A stretch of 64,000 bases of DNA from a virus (Duplodnaviria; Caudoviricetes): IMG/VR virus record IMGVR_UViG_3300011908_000001, positions 8,376-72,375 of that record; one strand, written 5' to 3'. Shown here one piece after another: positions 42,806-53,927 of this stretch. Numbering within the stretch: the first letter of the stretch is position 1; every line of letters begins with the position of its first letter. The notes beneath the pieces were generated by a model. The model saw nothing but the letters and a program-made list of their open reading frames with translations, was not told where the DNA came from and ran no database searches. The position numbers and the translations under genes were made by a program.

Positions 42806-43239
42806 TAAATTACCTCCTTAATAACTTTAACTTGTATTTATGATAACCTATAAAAGGGATACCTGTCAACCCCTACTCACAAATTTCTACAATATGATTG
42901 CATAACTCTTCTGGAATACGGGATCGATCCTTAGTTCCCCTTAATTCATTGTGTACCTGTTCGTGTTCCGGCGAATAATTCCAATACTTTCATAATGCCC
43001 TCCTATACATATAATACATAAGCTTCCATAGTCCGTACAGCATCCCTTCCGTGTCCGTTTACTTCGGTGTAGAAACGCATCTCGGCAATGGCATTCTCTA
43101 AGGCATAGCATGCTGAAACGTCTTCCCAAACTGAATGTTCCTCGTCGTAAATTTGAATGTAATAAACTACTGTCATAAAAATCTCTCCCTTCACTAATTA
43201 TGATACAATAAAAAGGGGTCAAGTGTCAACCCCTTTAAT

Positions 43240-45177
43240 TTAACTTATTGAATTTAGGTAAGCACAAAGTGTCTGAGCAATCTGAGCGTAACCCTCATTA
43301 GTTGGATGAACGCCATCTCTAATGTTATTAGCTACGTCTATTACGGCATTAATGGCTATTAAGTCAATGTCAGTTCCATCAAAAGCTTCAATCATACGTT
43401 TTACCACAAGGTTATTGTTCAGGCGAACTCTCCACTGTGTGTAAGAGGTGTTCGGGTAGTTCTTACCAAACTGGTCTACATTACTGGTAGGAGGTGTTGG
43501 AAGGTTATACGCCACCTTTATAGACGGGTCTACCGCTTTTATACTGTTCTTAATAAAGGTAAGGTCGCTCTTCATCGACTTAAGTTTATCCTCTACCGTA
43601 CCGTCAGAAGAGTTATAAAATACATCATTGATCCCTAACTGAATAATAACTACATGGGGCTTCTCAATACTATTATGTTCCAAGTAGTAGCTAAAATCAA
43701 AGTCCTTAGTAGATGGGTTGTAGAATGCGTTGGAGGTAGTACCTTGTGATGCCATACGATAACTAGCGAAAGTCCAACCAGAACGACCCTCATGATTGTA
43801 AGGGGAGGTGCCTTGAGTTCCCAATAGCACTAGATTATCCCCTAGTTCATTCTTCATAGAACGCCCTAGCACACCATTAACATCATTGGACGAGTTTACA
43901 GTGCTATCTCCTATAAGTATCGCTTTTATCGGAGTAGAGCGAGGTGAGGAAGCCACCACTGAAACCGTTTTGCTCGTCTTCAATTTACCGTCAAGGTCGT
44001 ATAAATCTACCTTCAAGTTTCCTCCTGTTGTAAACTTCTCAAAATAAGAGTTAGCTTGCTGTGTACCCCTATTAAAGTTAATGTTTAAATCCTTCATTCC
44101 GTACTTCAATAAATTAGAAGAGTATAAAGTCATAGTTTTGCCTACTGTAGTATAGACTTTAGAAGGCAAGTTAATACTAGGGATTGTAGTTTCAGAATCT
44201 CCTACGGTTACCCCTTTAAGTTTGGCAGTATACGGAACATAGTCAGTAACAGCTGTTCCATATTCCAACTGGGCGGTATTTAAAGTGTTGTTAAAGGGGG
44301 TTACTCTAATAAGAAACTCAGAGGGCTGGGAAATCGTTTTTGATTGCCCGCTAACTAAAGTTCCTCCACTAATAAACTTCTTGCTAATGTCATACAGTGC
44401 GTAGAATCTAATATTGCTTAATGTTACAGGAGCCTGTTTGACGTAGAGATAATCACTAGTCCTATATGCCTCGTTTGCAAGTAGCAATCCTAGAGCAGGG
44501 TCTACATAACCACTGACGGTATCGTCCTTGTTGAAAAGGTTTTTACCTACCTCTACAAAATCTAACTTAGTCACGGGGATGCTGTCGTTAAGGATGTTTG
44601 TCTTTCCGTTAAGAGGCAACATCTTAGAGAATCGGTCTTCCATTTCAGACATAGAGTTTCGAGAGCCTTCCATAAAGGAGTCGAAAGTGGCTTTACTACT
44701 AATTAGCAGACTCTCAACTGTTTCTCTCGTAGTGGTCATAAAAGTATCGAAATAAGCGTTGAATTGAGCTAGTAATTTATCCAAAAGGCTTACGTACTTA
44801 GTGGCATCTTTAGCAGTCAAGTCAACGGCTTTTCTTACTTCTATGCGAATGTTTCCTGTGGCGAATTGTTCGTCGTCTCTTTCGAGGTTAAAATAGGCAC
44901 GTGAGAAAACTCCTTCTACAGAAGATGCCATGTTGTCAAATTGAACCTCTACCAGACCGTTAGAGCTACCTACCACTTTTGCAGGGATAGTTACTACCTC
45001 TCCAAGAGGGTTCTGAGCTAAAAGCGTGACCACTGTTGCGGACAAGTTGAACGGTCGTCTATTTAACCCTAAAATTTGAAATCCGTAAGTCACCAACTTA
45101 TTGTCCCCTTGTGTAAGCCGTACTCCCTCTGATGACTGGTATTCTGAACCGTTTAATGAAATCTTAGCATAATACAC
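43240..45177 (-). CDS. BppU-like N-terminus + carbohydrate-binding-like domain + SGNH/GDSL hydrolase
   Basis: RLTQGDNKLVTYGFQI...GLVEVQF; LIGDST, HEGRSGW, QLGIND, DGVHP. Confidence 0.8.
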   Translation of the reverse strand: MYYAKISLNGSEYQSSEGVRLTQGDNKLVTYGFQILGLNRRPFNLSATVVTLLAQNPLGEVVTIPAKVVGSSNGLVEVQFDNMASSVEGVFSRAYFNLERDDEQFATGNIRIEVRKAVDLTAKDATKYVSLLDKLLAQFNAYFDTFMTTTRETVESLLISSKATFDSFMEGSRNSMSEMEDRFSKMLPLNGKTNILNDSIPVTKLDFVEVGKNLFNKDDTVSGYVDPALGLLLANEAYRTSDYLYVKQAPVTLSNIRFYALYDISKKFISGGTLVSGQSKTISQPSEFLIRVTPFNNTLNTAQLEYGTAVTDYVPYTAKLKGVTVGDSETTIPSINLPSKVYTTVGKTMTLYSSNLLKYGMKDLNINFNRGTQQANSYFEKFTTGGNLKVDLYDLDGKLKTSKTVSVVASSPRSTPIKAILIGDSTVNSSNDVNGVLGRSMKNELGDNLVLLGTQGTSPYNHEGRSGWTFASYRMASQGTTSNAFYNPSTKDFDFSYYLEHNSIEKPHVVIIQLGINDVFYNSSDGTVEDKLKSMKSDLTFIKNSIKAVDPSIKVAYNLPTPPTSNVDQFGKNYPNTSYTQWRVRLNNNLVVKRMIEAFDGTDIDLIAINAVIDVANNIRDGVHPTNEGYAQIAQTLCAYLNSIS

Positions 45178-45330
45178 TATATCTCCTCCTTAATAACTTA
45201 TAAGGCTATAATACCACTTAAAGGTAAATCTGTCAACCCTCTTTTGGACATTTTTCAAAGTTATAAGAATTGTTTACTGTAGAGGCATTCTTGTAAGAAT
45301 GATATACCTAATATAGTTAGGAGGATTTCA

Positions 45331-45972
45331 ATGGGCAAAATTAAAGTAGGGTCAAGGGAGCTTGATGATAGTCGTCAGAGACAGTACATGACCACTTCTC
45401 AAGAACCTACTACATATGATGGAGTTGACTTAACTACTCTTAAACCTAAAATGAAACGATTCGCAAGGCATTATATGTCTACTGTGAACGTCACCCAGTC
45501 TGCGGAAGCTTCTGGATACACTCCAGCAAGTGGATTCAGGCTACTTAAACGTGAAGATGTCCAAGCTTACTTACAATGGCTTGTTACGGACGAAGCAAAC
45601 GCTGAGATAGCTTCCCCTACAGAGGTGCTGGAAGGACTAACGAGAGCTGCCAATGGGGAAATGTATGACCAAGTTGTTCTACAGAGTGGCAAGATAGTTG
45701 AGAAACGGATTGATGCGAAAGATCGTATCTCAGCCTATAACACCCTTGCTAAATTCCATGGATTGCTTCAACCAGAAGTACAAGTCAACCAACAGTTTAA
45801 CATTAATGTGGACATCGTTGATGCAGTTGAAGATGAAGCTGAAATTATTGAAGATGAACCAGAGTTACTTGAAGCAGACTTTTCAGAGGTAGATGATAAC
45901 GTTGAAGAAGAGGATACCTATAACTCAGCTGATTTTAATTCTGGGTTCTTAGGAGGTATCGGAAAACAATGA
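45331..45972 (+). CDS. terS: terminase small subunit
   Basis: KMKRFARHY...NVTQSAEASGY...RLLKREDVQAYL. Confidence 0.85.
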   Translation: MGKIKVGSRELDDSRQRQYMTTSQEPTTYDGVDLTTLKPKMKRFARHYMSTVNVTQSAEASGYTPASGFRLLKREDVQAYLQWLVTDEANAEIASPTEVLEGLTRAANGEMYDQVVLQSGKIVEKRIDAKDRISAYNTLAKFHGLLQPEVQVNQQFNINVDIVDAVEDEAEIIEDEPELLEADFSEVDDNVEEEDTYNSADFNSGFLGGIGKQ

Positions 45973-47246
45973 CCTTAGACAAGGCTAACGTAAACATCAA
46001 AATTACTAAACGCTTCTTTAATGAAGTGTATATGAAATACATGTATAACCAACCGCTAGGACAGAAGCGGATAATGGTCTTCTATGGAGGGGCTGGTTCT
46101 GGTAAATCTAAGTTTGTAGTACAGAACGCCCTCTTAAAAGGGCTTAGCGAACGACGTAAGTTCCTAGTCTGCCGTAAAGTGGATAACACAATCCGTGACT
46201 CAATCTTTGCCGAGTTTGTACAGGGGCTGAGAGAGCTTAATATATATGACATCTGTGACGTTAAGAACAGCTACTTGACGATTACACTTCCTAACGGCAC
46301 TGAATATATCTTCAAAGGTCTTGAAGACCCAGAGCGTATCAAGTCCATTCAAGGTATCTCAGATATCATCATGGAGGAAGCTACGGAGTTTACGGTAGAT
46401 GACTACTCACAGCTTAACTTACGTCTCCGTAACAAAGCTATCAAGAATAACCAAATCACACTTATGTACAACCCAGCTTCTAAAGCCAACTGGGTATATG
46501 GCATGTTCCATGATCCTAAGAAACCCCGACCTAAGAACTGTCAAGTGGTTCATACTACTTATAAAGACAACCGTTTCTTATCCCAAGACTACTTAGAGAA
46601 CTTGAAAGACATGATGAACACTAACCCTGTGTACTATGAAATCTATGCACTGGGCAAGTTCGCAAGCCTTGGTAAAATGGTGTACACGAACTGGACTAGG
46701 GGTACAATGGACATTCAGAAAGAGATGCGAACAGGTCGTTGGCAACCTAAGTTTGGAATTGACTTTGGCTTTAGTAATGACCCCACCGTGATTATATCAG
46801 CTCTTGTCAATAATGACGATAAGAAGATTTATATCTTTGATGAGTTCTATAAGACAGGCATGTTCAACAGACAGATTTATGAAGTCCTTAAGAGGAAGAA
46901 GCTATTAGGCTACCACATGTTCGCTGACTCAGCTGCTCCTAAAGACATCGAGGAAATTAAACGGCTTGGTGCTAGATATCTGAAACCAGCCAAAAAAGGT
47001 AAGGATTCTATTAACCATGGTATTCAATTCTTACAGGGGTTTAAGATTATTGTAGACCCTCGCTGCAAACATACTATAGAAGAGTTTGAGAACTATGGTT
47101 GGAAGAAGATTAAAGGAACTAACGAGTATGAGAACAAGCCGATTGATACATTTAACCACTGCTTAGATGCCCTTAGATACGCTGTGTCAGACATGATCCC
47201 ACGAAACACTGTAAGAACAATCAATAAGTCCTTGTTGGGCTTATAA
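45969..47246 (+). CDS. terL: terminase large subunit (PBSX family)
   Basis: YGGAGSGKS, IMEEA, GIDFGFSNDP, NHCLDALRY. Confidence 0.95.
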   Translation: MTLDKANVNIKITKRFFNEVYMKYMYNQPLGQKRIMVFYGGAGSGKSKFVVQNALLKGLSERRKFLVCRKVDNTIRDSIFAEFVQGLRELNIYDICDVKNSYLTITLPNGTEYIFKGLEDPERIKSIQGISDIIMEEATEFTVDDYSQLNLRLRNKAIKNNQITLMYNPASKANWVYGMFHDPKKPRPKNCQVVHTTYKDNRFLSQDYLENLKDMMNTNPVYYEIYALGKFASLGKMVYTNWTRGTMDIQKEMRTGRWQPKFGIDFGFSNDPTVIISALVNNDDKKIYIFDEFYKTGMFNRQIYEVLKRKKLLGYHMFADSAAPKDIEEIKRLGARYLKPAKKGKDSINHGIQFLQGFKIIVDPRCKHTIEEFENYGWKKIKGTNEYENKPIDTFNHCLDALRYAVSDMIPRNTVRTINKSLLGL

Positions 47247-47258
47247 GGAGGAACTTAA

Positions 47259-48815
47259 ATGGCAATACCTAACGGACAAATTAACCCGGGCGATTTAATC
47301 ACCACTAACGAAAAGCGGAAGTACCACATCCGAAGAGACTTTGAACTTGAGGATTTAATCTCCCTTGCAGATAACCATTTTAATACGTCTGCCAACTATG
47401 ACCTTTTATATGACTACTATAAAGGTAATCACATTGCTATTCAGCAACGCCGCTTTGACGATACTAACAAGCCTAACAGTAAGGTGGTTCACAACTTCCC
47501 TAAACTAGTAGTGGATACATCTGTGGCATATCTCGCTGGGGAGCCTATCACTTATTCTGGAGATGAGGAAACTATTAGAGCGATGGAACCTATCTTCCGT
47601 GAAAACTTTATTGACGACCTCAACACTGAGGAAGCTAAGTTCTCAGCTATCTTTGGACATTGCATTGAGTTAGCGTGGATTGACCGACATGGTAAACTCC
47701 GCTTTAAAGTAGTGTCCCCTAAGAACTGTTTCATCGCCTATTCAATGGATTTAGATGAGGAGCCGTTGTGTGCCGTTTATTACAATGAGCTACAAAGTAT
47801 GGATGAGTATACTACCACTCGTGTATATGAGGTATTCACTGCTGATAAAAAGCTCTCTTTTAGCACAGAGTCGAAAGCAAACCCTAAGACTATGGCTATA
47901 GATACTAAGATTAAAGGATTCAGAGAAGACCCTAACGTCCTTAAAATCTTCCCTGCTTATGAGTTGTTAGCTAATGAGGAACGTCTTGGGGACTTTGAGG
48001 CTCAACTAGGTTTAATTGATGCTTATAACTTATCCGTCTCAGACAGTGTTAACGACATTGCTTACTGGAATGATGCTTACTTGTGGCTGCAAGGATTTGA
48101 CCTATCAGAAGATGGTGAGTCTGTAGCTAATATGAAGAACGACCGTGTAATTGTTACTGATGAAGCTGGTAACGTTAAGTTTATCACCAAGGACATCAAC
48201 GACAAGCACGTTGAGAACATTAAGAACCGTGCACGGGAGGACATCTTTAGTCTTTCACAAACCCCTGACCTAGCCTCCGAACAGTTTGCTGCTGCTTCTG
48301 GTGTGGCTATGAGAGCTAAATCACAGCCTCTTGAGAATAAGACGGCGATGAAAGAAAGCAAGTTTAAGAAGATGATGCAACACCGATTCATGGTCGTAGC
48401 GGAGTATCTTAAAGCTAAGAAAGAGCCTAATGCTATTAACCTTAAACCATTAGATGTAGAGCCGGTCTTTGTACGTAACTTACCACAGTCTTACGCTGAG
48501 CTTGCTGACATGGCTGTTAAGTTGAAAGACACAATGTCCGATGAAACTATCTTAGCACAATTCCCATTCATCACTAACCCTGCTGACGAAGCCATCAAAG
48601 CTTCTGACCAACGAGTTCGGAGAATGAAAGAGTCTGGGCAAGCCTTTGATGTTCCTAAGTTAAATGGTGTGGCACAGGCTTCACAGGAGTCTTCATTGAA
48701 GCTTAACAATGACAAATCTAAGAATATAGGAATTGAAACAGCTGACCCTATGGCTGCTAAAGAGCAAGAGAAAGCTCGTAACAAAGCACCTATCAAACAA
48801 CCTAAATTAAAGTAA
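47259..48815 (+). CDS. portal protein (SPP1 family)
   Basis: YYKGNH, HNFPKLVVD..V.YL.GEP, ASGVAM; position. Confidence 0.92.
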   Translation: MAIPNGQINPGDLITTNEKRKYHIRRDFELEDLISLADNHFNTSANYDLLYDYYKGNHIAIQQRRFDDTNKPNSKVVHNFPKLVVDTSVAYLAGEPITYSGDEETIRAMEPIFRENFIDDLNTEEAKFSAIFGHCIELAWIDRHGKLRFKVVSPKNCFIAYSMDLDEEPLCAVYYNELQSMDEYTTTRVYEVFTADKKLSFSTESKANPKTMAIDTKIKGFREDPNVLKIFPAYELLANEERLGDFEAQLGLIDAYNLSVSDSVNDIAYWNDAYLWLQGFDLSEDGESVANMKNDRVIVTDEAGNVKFITKDINDKHVENIKNRAREDIFSLSQTPDLASEQFAAASGVAMRAKSQPLENKTAMKESKFKKMMQHRFMVVAEYLKAKKEPNAINLKPLDVEPVFVRNLPQSYAELADMAVKLKDTMSDETILAQFPFITNPADEAIKASDQRVRRMKESGQAFDVPKLNGVAQASQESSLKLNNDKSKNIGIETADPMAAKEQEKARNKAPIKQPKLK

Positions 48816-48827
48816 GGAGACTAAACC

Positions 48828-49577
48828 ATGGCGATGAAGTTTGATACAGAAATGGAACGAGAGCTTGTACGCCTGATGACTGACTATCATGACGACTTGG
48901 GCGGACTAACACTCCGCCTTAAAGTTGAATTGAATAACTTGTTGTCAGACTACATACTAGAGGTGGCAGACTTGAGAGAAAATGACATCGCAGGATTGAA
49001 TGTCCTCACTGAACAACTGTATGGAGACATCTCTGTGGTTTTAGCACCTCTCCTTAATGAGTACCTAAACATGGCAGAAAAAGCTCACAGAGAGGCTGTA
49101 AAAGCTATTGTTGGACAAAATTACAGCGTAGAGGAATTGCTTAGTGTAGGGATGACAGATTCAAAAGGAAGCATTGAGCAAGCAAAGCAAACTACTTATA
49201 ATATCATTGCAGCTCTTACTTCTGAGATTTCCTCCATAGTGGCTAGAGGACTTACAAATAAAGACGGATTGACTGCCAAAGACATCAGAGATTTAGCTGA
49301 TAAAAAAGACAGTCTACTTTATCAAGTACGTAGACACTTTGAGGCTTTCCTAAGCTTAATGATTAACGAAGCGGTGCTCCAAGCTTCCCCTTTAATAGGA
49401 GCCACAATGTGGTACTGGCAAACTCACCCTGAACTTACTCGTAGCGGAACGTGCCCGACTTGTAAGATGCACGCTCAAGGTGGTGCCAACGGCGATGGGA
49501 TGTATACCTCCATTGACCTTCCTATGATACCCGTTCATCCACACTGCGTATGTGTACTTATACCAGTAAATCTTTAA
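48828..49577 (+). CDS. minor head (MuF/SPP1 gp7-like) protein
   Basis: TCPTC...PVHPHCVC; position. Confidence 0.75.
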   Translation: MAMKFDTEMERELVRLMTDYHDDLGGLTLRLKVELNNLLSDYILEVADLRENDIAGLNVLTEQLYGDISVVLAPLLNEYLNMAEKAHREAVKAIVGQNYSVEELLSVGMTDSKGSIEQAKQTTYNIIAALTSEISSIVARGLTNKDGLTAKDIRDLADKKDSLLYQVRRHFEAFLSLMINEAVLQASPLIGATMWYWQTHPELTRSGTCPTCKMHAQGGANGDGMYTSIDLPMIPVHPHCVCVLIPVNL

Positions 49578-49672
49578 GAGTTTAAGGCAAGGACACTCTA
49601 AGGACTTCCAAAAATAAACCAAGCACGCACAGGGCTTAATTGAACTGTGGAGGGCGAAGGAGATAATTTCAA

Positions 49673-50314
49673 ATGACAGATCAATTAAACAACTTAGGTA
49701 TTGAAGATATTTTAGGAATCGTCGAGGCAAACGAAGATATTGCCAATCAATTACAAGCTAAATTCGTGAATACTAAAACGGTAGAAACTTTCTTACATAC
49801 TCCCGAAGGTGAAAAAGTCGTAGCACCGATTAAAGATGCTTATGCTTCGAAAGCCATCGAGGGATGGAAGAACAAAAACCTTGACCGAATCATTCAAGAA
49901 AAAGTGCAAGAGTTGAACCCACCTGAAAGTAAAGAGCAACGTGAACTTCAAGCTATGCAACAACGTCTTGCAGCTATTGAAAAAGATAAACAAGCTCTTG
50001 AACAACAACAGGTGGCGGCAGAAGAATTATCAAAATTAGGTTTGCCGTCTAACTTCGCTTCTTATATTGTTGGAGACTCCACGGAAGTTACTAAGCATAA
50101 AGCTAAGAGTCTGGAAGTTGAGATTTCTAACTTCGTCAAACAAACAACAGATACAGCTTTACAACAATATGGTGCTCAAACAGCTCCAGTAAACGTGGAT
50201 AGTGCAACTACTCAAAACTATAGCAATCAAGACCCTTATGAAATGGGTGTAGAAGAAGCTATTCGTTTACAAAACGAAAACCCTGTATTATACGCTAAAC
50301 TATTTGGTGAATAA
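49673..50314 (+). CDS. scaffolding protein
   Basis: Helical protein, GLPSNFASYIVG, directly upstream of the capsid gene. Confidence 0.75.
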   Translation: MTDQLNNLGIEDILGIVEANEDIANQLQAKFVNTKTVETFLHTPEGEKVVAPIKDAYASKAIEGWKNKNLDRIIQEKVQELNPPESKEQRELQAMQQRLAAIEKDKQALEQQQVAAEELSKLGLPSNFASYIVGDSTEVTKHKAKSLEVEISNFVKQTTDTALQQYGAQTAPVNVDSATTQNYSNQDPYEMGVEEAIRLQNENPVLYAKLFGE

Positions 50315-50353
50315 ACAGTAAATTAAAACATAACTTAAAGGAGTTCACACATT

Positions 50354-51196
50354 ATGGCAAACGGATTCGCACCTAAAACAGGTTTAAAAGGCTCTCAATC
50401 AACTGCTACAATTGATCAATTAATCAACCCTCAGGTAATTGGAAACTTTTTAAACAAGAAATTAGTAAACAAAATCGTATTAGCACCTTTCGCAACGATT
50501 GACAATACATTGATGAACAGCGCCGGAGATACTTTAAGCATTCCACAATGGAACTACATCGGCGAAGCACAGGACGTAGCTGAATATGGAGAAATCCCAA
50601 TTAAAGAATTGAAAGCTACTATGACTTCTGTAACAGTTAAGAAAGTTGTACAAGCTGTAACATTATCTGATGAAGCTATCTTATCAGCTCACATTCGTCC
50701 AGTTGACGAAGCTACAAACCAAATCGCAACATCTATCGCACAAAAAGTTGACAACGACTTCTTAGCTGCTGTTAAAGCATTGCCTGCAACAGAAGTTACT
50801 GACTTAGGCGTTAAAGGTTCATACGCTTGGGTATTAGAAGGACAAGCTGCTTTCGGAGAAGACTTAGATGAAGCTACTGCTTTAATCGTATCTCCTAAAA
50901 TGCGTGCTAACATCTTACAAGCTCCTGACTTTGTATATGTTGGACAAGGTGACAAGATTGTTTCAGGACAAATCGGAACTATCTTCGGTGTGGCTGTAAT
51001 CGTATCTAGCAAATTGGGTGACGAAGAAGCTATCTTAATCCGTGAAGGCGCCTTGAGCTTATTGCTTAAACGTGGTTTCAACGTAGAACCTATCCGTGAA
51101 GGTAAGATTCGTGCAACAACTATCTCAGCTGACCAACACTATGCAGCTTATGTACGAGATGCTACAAAAGTTGTTTACATGACAAAAAAAGCGTAG
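50354..51196 (+). CDS. major capsid protein
   Basis: LINPQVIG, GDTLSIPQWNYIGEA, IAQKVDND, ADQHYA. Confidence 0.9.
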   Translation: MANGFAPKTGLKGSQSTATIDQLINPQVIGNFLNKKLVNKIVLAPFATIDNTLMNSAGDTLSIPQWNYIGEAQDVAEYGEIPIKELKATMTSVTVKKVVQAVTLSDEAILSAHIRPVDEATNQIATSIAQKVDNDFLAAVKALPATEVTDLGVKGSYAWVLEGQAAFGEDLDEATALIVSPKMRANILQAPDFVYVGQGDKIVSGQIGTIFGVAVIVSSKLGDEEAILIREGALSLLLKRGFNVEPIREGKIRATTISADQHYAAYVRDATKVVYMTKKA

Positions 51197-51459
51197 CCCC
51201 ATCAGGGGTTACGTTGAATAAATCAGCGTTAACTCTTGTAGAAGGGGCGAGCGAAACACTCTCTGCAACGGTAGTCCCTGAGGATGCCGAAGATAAGACA
51301 GTGACATTCACTTCTGATAAACCAGAAATCGCCACTGTAACACCTAAGCAAGGCACAGTTAAAGCTGTGAAAGCTGGTAGTGCTACAATCACTGCTACTA
51401 CTGTTAATGGAGTAACAGCTAAGGCTACCGTTACAGTAACTGAACCACTGGCACCCTAG
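51190..51459 (+). CDS. Ig-like (Big_2) capsid extension via -1 frameshift
   Basis: A AAA AAA slippery site (51184-90), downstream 9-bp hairpin, VAPSGVTLNKSALTL in the -1 frame, no RBS of its own. Confidence 0.82.
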   Translation, partial: SVAPSGVTLNKSALTLVEGASETLSATVVPEDAEDKTVTFTSDKPEIATVTPKQGTVKAVKAGSATITATTVNGVTAKATVTVTEPLAP

Positions 51460-51580
51460 CGAGCCCACTGACGTTGAAGTAACTAACGTTAGCTTTGACA
51501 GGGTGACAATAAAAAGTAAATAAACTCTCTAAGGAGCCTGCCCTCTAAGTGGGTGGGCTCTTTTTGACAGGAGGTATTAC

Positions 51581-53206
51581 ATGGACTTTCCAGTAGATGA
51601 AACGCCTCTTCCAGAAAAATACGAAGATGTTAACATAGATGAATTAAAGATTATCCAAGGATATGGGTCAATCAGCCTTAGGGACAACTTGTTAAAGCTT
51701 TTAAAAGGCAGAGCTATGCAACATATTTGTATGTACATCAAAAGACCTTTCTCAGTTGCTTCGTTCCCACCCCCTCTTGAATATATTGCTGATGAGTTAG
51801 CTGCTAGTCGCTTAAGCTTAATTAACTCAGAGGGTATAAAGACAGAGGTTACCGACATCTCTCGTTTTGACTATCAGGACGACATCTATCGAAACTGGTA
51901 CTCAGTTTTAGACGAGTGGATGGCACAAGAAAATGGTGGCAGCAATAAGAGATTCTTCATGATGTAGGAGGTGCACTAAGTGAGAGCAAACGAATTAATA
52001 ACTCTAGTCCAGTTTAACGACCCTGAGTACACTGATACTGGAGGGATTTACAACGGTGATGCTACAGTTATTGCACAGGGTATCCCTGCTACGATAACCT
52101 CAATGCCTACAGAAGTTAAACTGCTTATGAACCAAGATGAGCAACTAGAGGACAGGTACCTGATTCAGCATAAGTTCTTCGAACTAAAAGAGGTTCGGGT
52201 GGATGCTATTTATAGACATTCAAATGATACATGGTACTACATGTTTAAAAACCACACAATGGGTGCAGGTCAGACTTGTTCATATCTAGTAGAATACCGA
52301 GATGTGAGACGTACAGAATGGACTGATGACCCATGGCTGGGGTAAGTATTCAAATAATCTCCACACCTGATTGGAATGCTAAAGCAAAAAAGATGACAAC
52401 TGCCCTTAATGCTATAGCAACGGTTCGTGGAGAGCAGTTGGTGGATGAAGTTAAAAGGAACATCACCGCCAATGATAACATAGATACAGGTACTCTGATA
52501 GACAATCTGAGAGGAACTAAATCCGTCTCTCCTACACAGGTTGAAATGGAAGTTGAATCGGACGTATCAAGCCATCCGGAAGGTCACTCAGGCTATGCTC
52601 CAATACTTGAATACGGTTCTATTAGAACACGTGCTTACAAGAACTTTGAGCCAGCCCTTGAAACTGTTCAAAAGATGGTTATGCAAGACCTCTCAGAAAT
52701 AGATTTGTAGGAGGTTTAAGATGGTCAAGACAGTCACCAATTTAACCCCTAACGCTTTAAACCCTATCGAGAGACCAACTAGAGCTCCATTCCAATTTAG
52801 GTCAGCCTCCGTGGCGTTACAAAAAGCCATCTATCAGATGTGTAAAGCCCAAGGTATTAAAGTGTGGGATGGTACTAACAGAAAACCTGATTATCCTTTC
52901 GTAAAGATTGGAGAAGAATTGACAAGCGGAGCTGAAATCTCTAAAGACCACTCCGTAAGAAATGTCAACTTAACATTGCACATCTGGTCGGACTTCCCTG
53001 ACACAGCCGAAGTAAAGGCGTTAGGAGATTTCCTTATAGACCTTATAGTTTATTCACCTTTCCAACTTGAACAAGGGTACTGCTTAGGAAGTCGAAGACT
53101 TGACCATGTCAGGTACACTGAGGCTTCTAATGGAATGGATAAAGGCTCACGAGGCTACCTGTTCCTAGACGTTCAAGTTATAGACGGTTTAAACTCACCA
53201 ACATAA
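51581..53206 (+). CDS. head-tail connector (51581-51967), head closure (51980-52345), HK97 gp10-like (52333-52710), tail terminator (52721-53206)
   Basis: Synteny; DTGTL/ILEYGS and YPFVKIGE/LHIWS motifs. Confidence 0.75.
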
Positions 53207-53228
53207 CATTCAAAGGAGATTACAAATT

Positions 53229-53927
53229 ATGGCACAAGCAGAATTATGTCAAAGCAATTACGTCCGTGGGGTTGCGGTACTTATTGAAGTTCAAGACCAA
53301 GCCACTGGAGAGTTTAGTAAAGTAGCAGCTCAACGAGGTGGAACATTAAACCGTTCAGCAGATACCTTGGATGCCTCTTCGAAAGAAGACTATGGATGGG
53401 CTAATAACGAGGCTGGTATTAAGTCTTGGTCACTAGACTGTGACGGTTTGTTTGTAGAAAACAACAACGGTTTTGATGCCCTTAACGTAGCTTGGGTAAA
53501 CGGAGATTGCGTACGAGTTCGAGTTCGCTTCCCTTCCGGATTAGTCTTCGTAGGTAACGCTATTATCACAGACTTCCCAATTGAGTTCCCTTATGACGAT
53601 GCTGTGACATACTCATTGACATTTGAAGGTAAAGGCGCTTTGGTACAAGCTCAAACAACGCCTACAGTATTACCTAAATCAATGGTATTAAAAGCAGACA
53701 AAACTTCTATCACAACTTCTACAAAAGCTCAGTTAAGTGTTGAGTTCACACCTTCTAACACGACTGACAAATCAGTAGTCTACACTTCTCTAAATCCATT
53801 AGTAGCAACGGTGAGTGCTGATGGTTTGGTTACAGGGCTTAAAGCTGGAACAGCCACTATGAATGCCCGTTCTAACGCTAACTCAGCGGTAACGGCGATC
53901 TTAGATATCACTGTAACGGCGCCCTAA
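53229..53927 (+). CDS. tail tube protein (TP901-1 type) with C-terminal Ig-like domain
   Basis: AAQRGGTLNRSADTLDASSK, KSWSLDCDGL, VTYSLTFEGKG; Big_2-like tail. Confidence 0.9.
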   Translation: MAQAELCQSNYVRGVAVLIEVQDQATGEFSKVAAQRGGTLNRSADTLDASSKEDYGWANNEAGIKSWSLDCDGLFVENNNGFDALNVAWVNGDCVRVRVRFPSGLVFVGNAIITDFPIEFPYDDAVTYSLTFEGKGALVQAQTTPTVLPKSMVLKADKTSITTSTKAQLSVEFTPSNTTDKSVVYTSLNPLVATVSADGLVTGLKAGTATMNARSNANSAVTAILDITVTAP

